DNA of 64,000 nucleotides from Perkinsus olseni (Eukaryota): NCBI GenBank assembly GCA_013115125.1, contig JABANN010000113.1, positions 1 to 64,000 of the forward strand, read 5' to 3'. Shown piece by piece: positions 58,480 to 64,000 of this stretch (position 1 is its first letter; each line of letters starts with the position of its first letter). The notes under the pieces were generated by a model. It saw only the letters and a program-made list of their open reading frames with translations, ran no database searches and was not told where the DNA came from. The position numbers and the translations under genes were made by a program.

Positions 58480-59740
58480 GGCAGTGTTGTTGATTACCGA
58501 CTTGAGAGAGAAGCCATTCCGTGTTGTTAGATACTGCGCGAGCATCGGGAAGTCGAGAGGCCGGGAGTAAGCTGCCCTCTTTTGGTGATGGTTAGATTTT
58601 TGCTGGTCATTCAGGTGTTGTGTGACAGCTGGGCCGATAAGGCGCAGCAGATCTATCGAGAGATGGTGAGAAGGGTCTTTTTTAAAGAGTGATTGAATAC
58701 GCCACGCTTTCGAGATGGCGCTCTATGATAAGGAACCACGGTGAACTTGAACGGGTTGAACCTTATCTTCGCTGGACATACCTAGCTCGTGGCCAATCTT
58801 GCCATGAAATCTGTCGCCGATGTTGCATGTTTTCGAAGTCAATCGGTAAGTTTTTGCGAAAAAAATGAAATTTCAGGGGGAAAATTTTTTCATACGACGA
58901 TCAAACGACTGCGTGCACAGCGTGTGGTCAGGAATTACGCGTTGCGTATGGACGAAACATTCCCGCGTGTAGTGTCTCGATGATCTTTGCATCAGGTGCC
59001 TCGAAGATGAGTGGTGCCGCCTGGAGATCCCGCTGACTTTGAGAAGGGAGGGTTTAGAGTGCGCATCGCCTAGGGAGGTGAGTGACGGTGATCACTGGCA
59101 TTCAGTTATTCAATAGTGATAAATTACTGATTTAACAGTGGTAAAAAATTCACGGTGAAATGGATAATCCATTATGGATTAACGAATTGATAATATTTAA
59201 CCAAAGGGTCACCATAACCAACCCTGTGATATCCTCGTTGTGGTTGGACTGGCCGAGTCTCGTTTACTAGCCCTACCCGAACACGCAGTTTCATCAGGGG
59301 CGTCGGGAGACAGCAGTGCTATCAGGTGGACTCGATCGGCGTTCCAGAATCTCTGACGGTTGTCATATTCTACTCACCGTGGAACAGGGAATGCATGAGA
59401 AGGCGCGACGATATGGTTACAGCAGGGAAGGAATTACAGGTGATCACTTGCTCTCTTGCATTTCCCTAACTATTTCCTCCAGGGACTACCGGCGTGCGAC
59501 ACGGAGGAGCTTCGGGTTGTCTTCGTCAATGTCGAGTCCGTTGATTCTGATATTGGTTCTCTCGAGGAGGCCGATCGATTCATCGTCGAGAATCATCTTG
59601 AAGGCCGCCTGCTGCCTGTCGTAAAGCTGCACAGAGGCTCGGAGATTTTCTTTTACGAGGGAACGCTATCGCCGTTGGCGAGCGTAAAGGATTGGATCGT
59701 TGACAACTGCTCTGCTGGTGGAGGACTCGGTGTAGGTTAA
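58480..59740 (+). CDS. Hypothetical protein with possible thioredoxin-like C-terminal fold
   Basis: Last exon LRVVFVNVE...LPVVKLHRGSEIFFYEGTLSPLASVKDWI. Upstream exons are visible but their frame could not be resolved. Confidence 0.4.
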
Positions 59741-61198
59741 GTGCTAGAAAAACGGTGCTGTTCACTTGTCTTTTGAAAATAATAATGAACGTACTAGCGA
59801 AAACAGTGTTTTCACCTAAGCTCACGTGTTTTCAAAACACGTGAGCTTAGGCGACACGCGCTCGCCCAACTACCTTCAAGGAATGGAGACAACAGTTGGC
59901 GCGACATCTCCTTCTGAATAGATGGAGACGATGCGCGACGCTGTTTCTACTCTTGAAACTTCATGGTGAGGTTCTGTAGAGGTTAAACGTGACTGCAGGA
60001 GAGTAAGAAGGAAAAGCTTGCTCATCGTCGCAAAAGAGAGCGGTGATAGTGGTGAAAGCTTCAGTATTCAAAACGACGGAGAGAAAGATCCTCGCTGAAG
60101 GTCGATCTAGCTTCTCACTTGGAGAATCTTGATAACTCGAGATGAGTGTGGACGCGAAAAGAGATAGTGCGCACACCCGGGGAATATGGGGATGGTGACA
60201 GATTCCTCTTTGCCTAGATTCAACAACACAAAAGAAGTAGTTGTGAGTCAATGATCAGAGGGCCAACATTCAAATACAAGTAGTAGTGTCGTACTGACGA
60301 AAGAAGATACTCTGCTAGTACACAACACTTTGCACGCATGCGCAATTGTGACACTACTTATTGTAAGACGCTCTACACGAGCATCTGCTTAGTCGGAAAG
60401 TATATTTCTTGGCACACCACGGGATGTGACGAAAAGAAAGGTGCCCGTTGAAGTTGATTGGAGAACAGTCGAACTTCTCACCACGCGGCACACCTAAGAA
60501 GGTCCATTACACTAGCGCCAGCGAGGCGTGTATACAATTTTCTCGTACAGCCATGAGGAATCCGGTGATCTATCAATAGGGGCGATTTAACACTTGAAAG
60601 ATACGTCGAATAGGAGCTGGTAGATGGTCTACCGTAGACCGATGGGCGAGACTGATCGTCCTTCTTCAGGAAGTTTCAAGCTCTAAACCGAACGAGGACA
60701 GAAGGACGGAGCAGATTTCTACCGGTGAGTACCGAATTGGAGACCCTCTGTGAGCATTTCATCTGAGCTTGCAAGGTGCCTCTAGAGCTGCTATGAAGTC
60801 GCAGCTCATCTATTCACTCCCATTTATGACCTGTGACGCTCAAGTTGGCGAATATAGACGTACCAGTTTGGTGGACGTTCGTGATCATAGTGTTACTCTA
60901 AGGATGGGACAGTCGGGCGGGGTGACAGTGACGATGTGGCTCAAGTGCAACTCAGTGACTAGTAGGCTGGGCTTGGTTCTTTTGCCTGTATACCGTGCTC
61001 TTAGCGGACGCCCTTGACTTTTCAATGAACGGAACCACCGGGACTCTGGGGGGAGTTGCGGAGTAGATAGGCCCCTTGAAGAAGAACTCAACACACACAC
61101 AGTGCTGGGGGCCTAATATTAAATTAACTATATATTCATATTGGTATTTAAGGTATTATAATAAACTATATATAATATAAATATAAAATTATATAACC

Positions 61199-61201
<3 letters not shown>

Positions 61202-61243
<42 letters not shown>
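61202..61243. repeat. (TA)n microsatellite in an AT-rich tract
   Basis: About 21 consecutive TA units. Confidence 0.95.
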
Positions 61244-61248
<5 letters not shown>

Positions 61249-64000
61249 CATGGTCCTTTAATAATGTATTCTTATTTATATATAGTGGTGTATTTATAGT
61301 CTATATGGTTAGCCTACCAGTATAAATCTACGTGAAGGTCTACAAGTATGAACTTTACTATCTACGTACAGTGTGGTGACCCCACTAGCGTGCTAGCATC
61401 AGGCTGAAGGGTGCTCCACACACAAATGGAGACAACTGCACAAAAAGAGACGCAACAGTTCTCACAGGGACGAATGACGGGGCCCGGTAGCGAATAGTAA
61501 TTGCTGTCAGCCTGTATTGGAGGAGCTGGTCGGAGGTGACTTTGATTATTGAATTGACCAAAAGGAGATTGGACCTGCAAGAACTGAAGACTCTCCGTCG
61601 TCGGGGTATACCAAGGTTTCAGGTGGTGAACTTAGTCATGACGCGGATAACACGGAAAAGAGAGAGCATCTGCAATAACAAAAACACTACCAGCAATAGT
61701 TCATGTTGAATCTACAGGGTGTTCCAATTCGATATGCAAATCACTAAAATCAGTCTAATTCATGCCATATTGCGTGTTTGAAGCTGAAACTTGAGTATGA
61801 TATGCCCTAATATATTTACGGCAAAGAGTATTAATATCAGCTAATCGATCGACCGTTTCGCTTACCCGTAGTGCACTAGCTTGGTGCTAGAAGATATCAG
61901 ATTACTTTTGGGGAGACACACGGAGATCCACTTCAATTTGTTGCATCACGCTACGCTCCGCTCCGCTCTCGATTATGCGTGCAGAGTAGTCTGCCAGGAC
62001 CCATCTCACAAGAACCCCCGGGACTTTTGTTGTGCATATAATAACGACATGGTTTTCTTGCACTAACGTAGAAGTCAATGCCAAAGGAAACTCGTGAGAT
62101 GCAGCTTGAGATGTAGGCGGTACTTGAAGTATTTCGCACGCATAAACTCAGGCGGAGCGTAGCACAATTTAGTCACCAGCAGCATTCGGCTTCGCCATCA
62201 GTTGCGCGTCATTACTCAGTTACAAGACCTGAGACGGTCCTTCTCGCCCGATATTCCAATTTTGATGCGGCAACCTTCTCAAGGCTGGCTGTTACCGTGG
62301 ACAAACGAGTAAACGCTTTGTGATACGCTAGTGACCCTCAGTGCTGATTTCGTTCGTGCTGAAAAGAGTGAGCTTCCCGTATTGTATGACTTGTCCTCAG
62401 CGGCGAGTGATACTGCATTGGCTATCGTATGCTGCCGGTAGTGACTCTCAGACGTTGACTGGTCATAGCGTGGAATTTCCTACACAAAGAAAGGTGAGCG
62501 GGAGACGTGGCATGCTTGCACGGTTTGTATCTACTCGGCGCCGTTACCTCACTTTCGGTCCCAAAGCGTGTGCATGTTAATGAAAATTTTGGTTATGACG
62601 TGAAGTTCACATAATAACGAAAAATATCAGACTCCTTTATTTTCACATTGTGAACGACAGCGTACCGTGTCTCTCTTGGGGGAGCATATCACGGTTGTCT
62701 GAGAATCATGCAAATGTGGCAGACAGTTTTTGCACCCCCTTCTGGGTGAGGGGCTCGTCTGCTCTGTAAACAGTGTAGCGGTTAATAGTGTGCCCATTGA
62801 GAAAGCCACCATGCTCGAAATTGGACGTATAATATGTCACATATTCATGACCTTACTGTTTCGAGTGAATATTATCTGGTCTCGAACTCATAGTTACAAA
62901 GTACTACTTTGATATTAATGCTGTGAAAGTAGTAACTATCAGCGGCATCTACCGCTAGAGAGACAACGCCCCTGATAAAGGGCTACACGACACCCCCAAT
63001 ATTAAGGAATCGCGAGGCATCAAGATACTACAACCGCGTTACACTTACAAGACATCTCTGCACTATTTGTACTATCATCAGGTGCATCTGCACCTCAGAT
63101 ATCGCCAATGAGGTAAGAGTAGCAAAAATGGGTTCGATTACTCGGGTTTGAAGGAAAAACGTGTAGCTTCTAGAATGTGATGAGTTCAGTGATGAAACCT
63201 CAACGGGTTTAGCACAGTACAACACGCGATCGTGATTGGTGGTATAGTTGCACCAAGACGCTGACAAGATTTCCTTATCAGCTATCGCGATCGGCATGGG
63301 TCCATCTGGCGTGCTGTTTTGACGCTTCCGCTGGGGAAGGAGCCTTTCAGTGGTATCTGGATGGCGCGTTGGACAGTCAGCGACATCTGGAGCCGGCCGA
63401 AACTCACACTAACGTAAGCGAGTCTTGGCTCGAAAGGAAGCTATCGCCTTCAGCTGAACCCGCGGCGTGGAAATGATAGAACATACCAGATTTTGGAGGT
63501 TTCTTATGTTACTATTACAATCCAGGTCGTGCAACTCTGTGTACGGCACCAGAAATGAACTTGGATAAAGTGGTTGGTCCCTCGTCTTAGTAAATTTTCT
63601 GAGACGTTCATTTTTTAGCGCTCTCGAGGATTCGCTGGTTTCTATTATACATTCCTCATTGCTGGCATGTTGTCAGAGGTTACTGTATCATATATCTCCT
63701 GGCGAGAAATATATTCCCTGTGGGAATTTCCCACCTCTGGCGAGGCCATCCCCTGGCCAGATCGGAACTTCAACGCGTAGGTTATTACGACCCTGGTGCA
63801 GTCTGTCTTCTCACGACGAGATGCAAGTGCGGCGGCCGTGGGGGAGGTTGCGGATCTGAGGATTTTACCCAGGATACTGAGCGTCTCAGAGGTCGCCAAT
63901 GAGGTAAAACTGGTTCAGCTTGCCGACTGGTCAAAGTCAAATAGCACGCCGTGAATCCTGGGACAGTCATCACAGCCAGTCATGGGACTCATAGTTGACA

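Overview
This is eukaryotic, intron-rich nuclear DNA, most likely a perkinsid alveolate (Perkinsus-like). The evidence is apicomplexan-like mitochondrial bL28m and RPS17, many 40-100 nt GT-AG introns, and a near-perfect relict of the Perkinsus-type spliced leader at 55386-55406. Because of splicing, the ORF track shows only exon fragments, so my gene boundaries are approximate. Recognisable genes are mitochondrial ribosomal protein bL28m, a JmjC/cupin oxygenase, a SAM-dependent methyltransferase, PEX22, RPS17, an ankyrin-repeat protein, three Cys-rich secreted proteins, HGPRT, an RRM+KH RNA-binding protein, a NEK-like kinase with an intact tRNA-Pro in one intron, and several hypothetical multi-exon genes. 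A snoRNA cluster with two U24 copies follows RPS17. The most unusual signal is non-coding. About 20 short pieces resembling tRNA 3' halves (T-arm/B-box) sit mostly inside spliceosomal introns, apparently derived from several different tRNAs. In two cases an antisense tRNA anticodon loop supplies the 3' splice-site AG. Other recurrent elements are a CTTGC-rich intronic module, a ~70-bp palindromic element at gene boundaries, and perfect palindromes with one unpaired central base.
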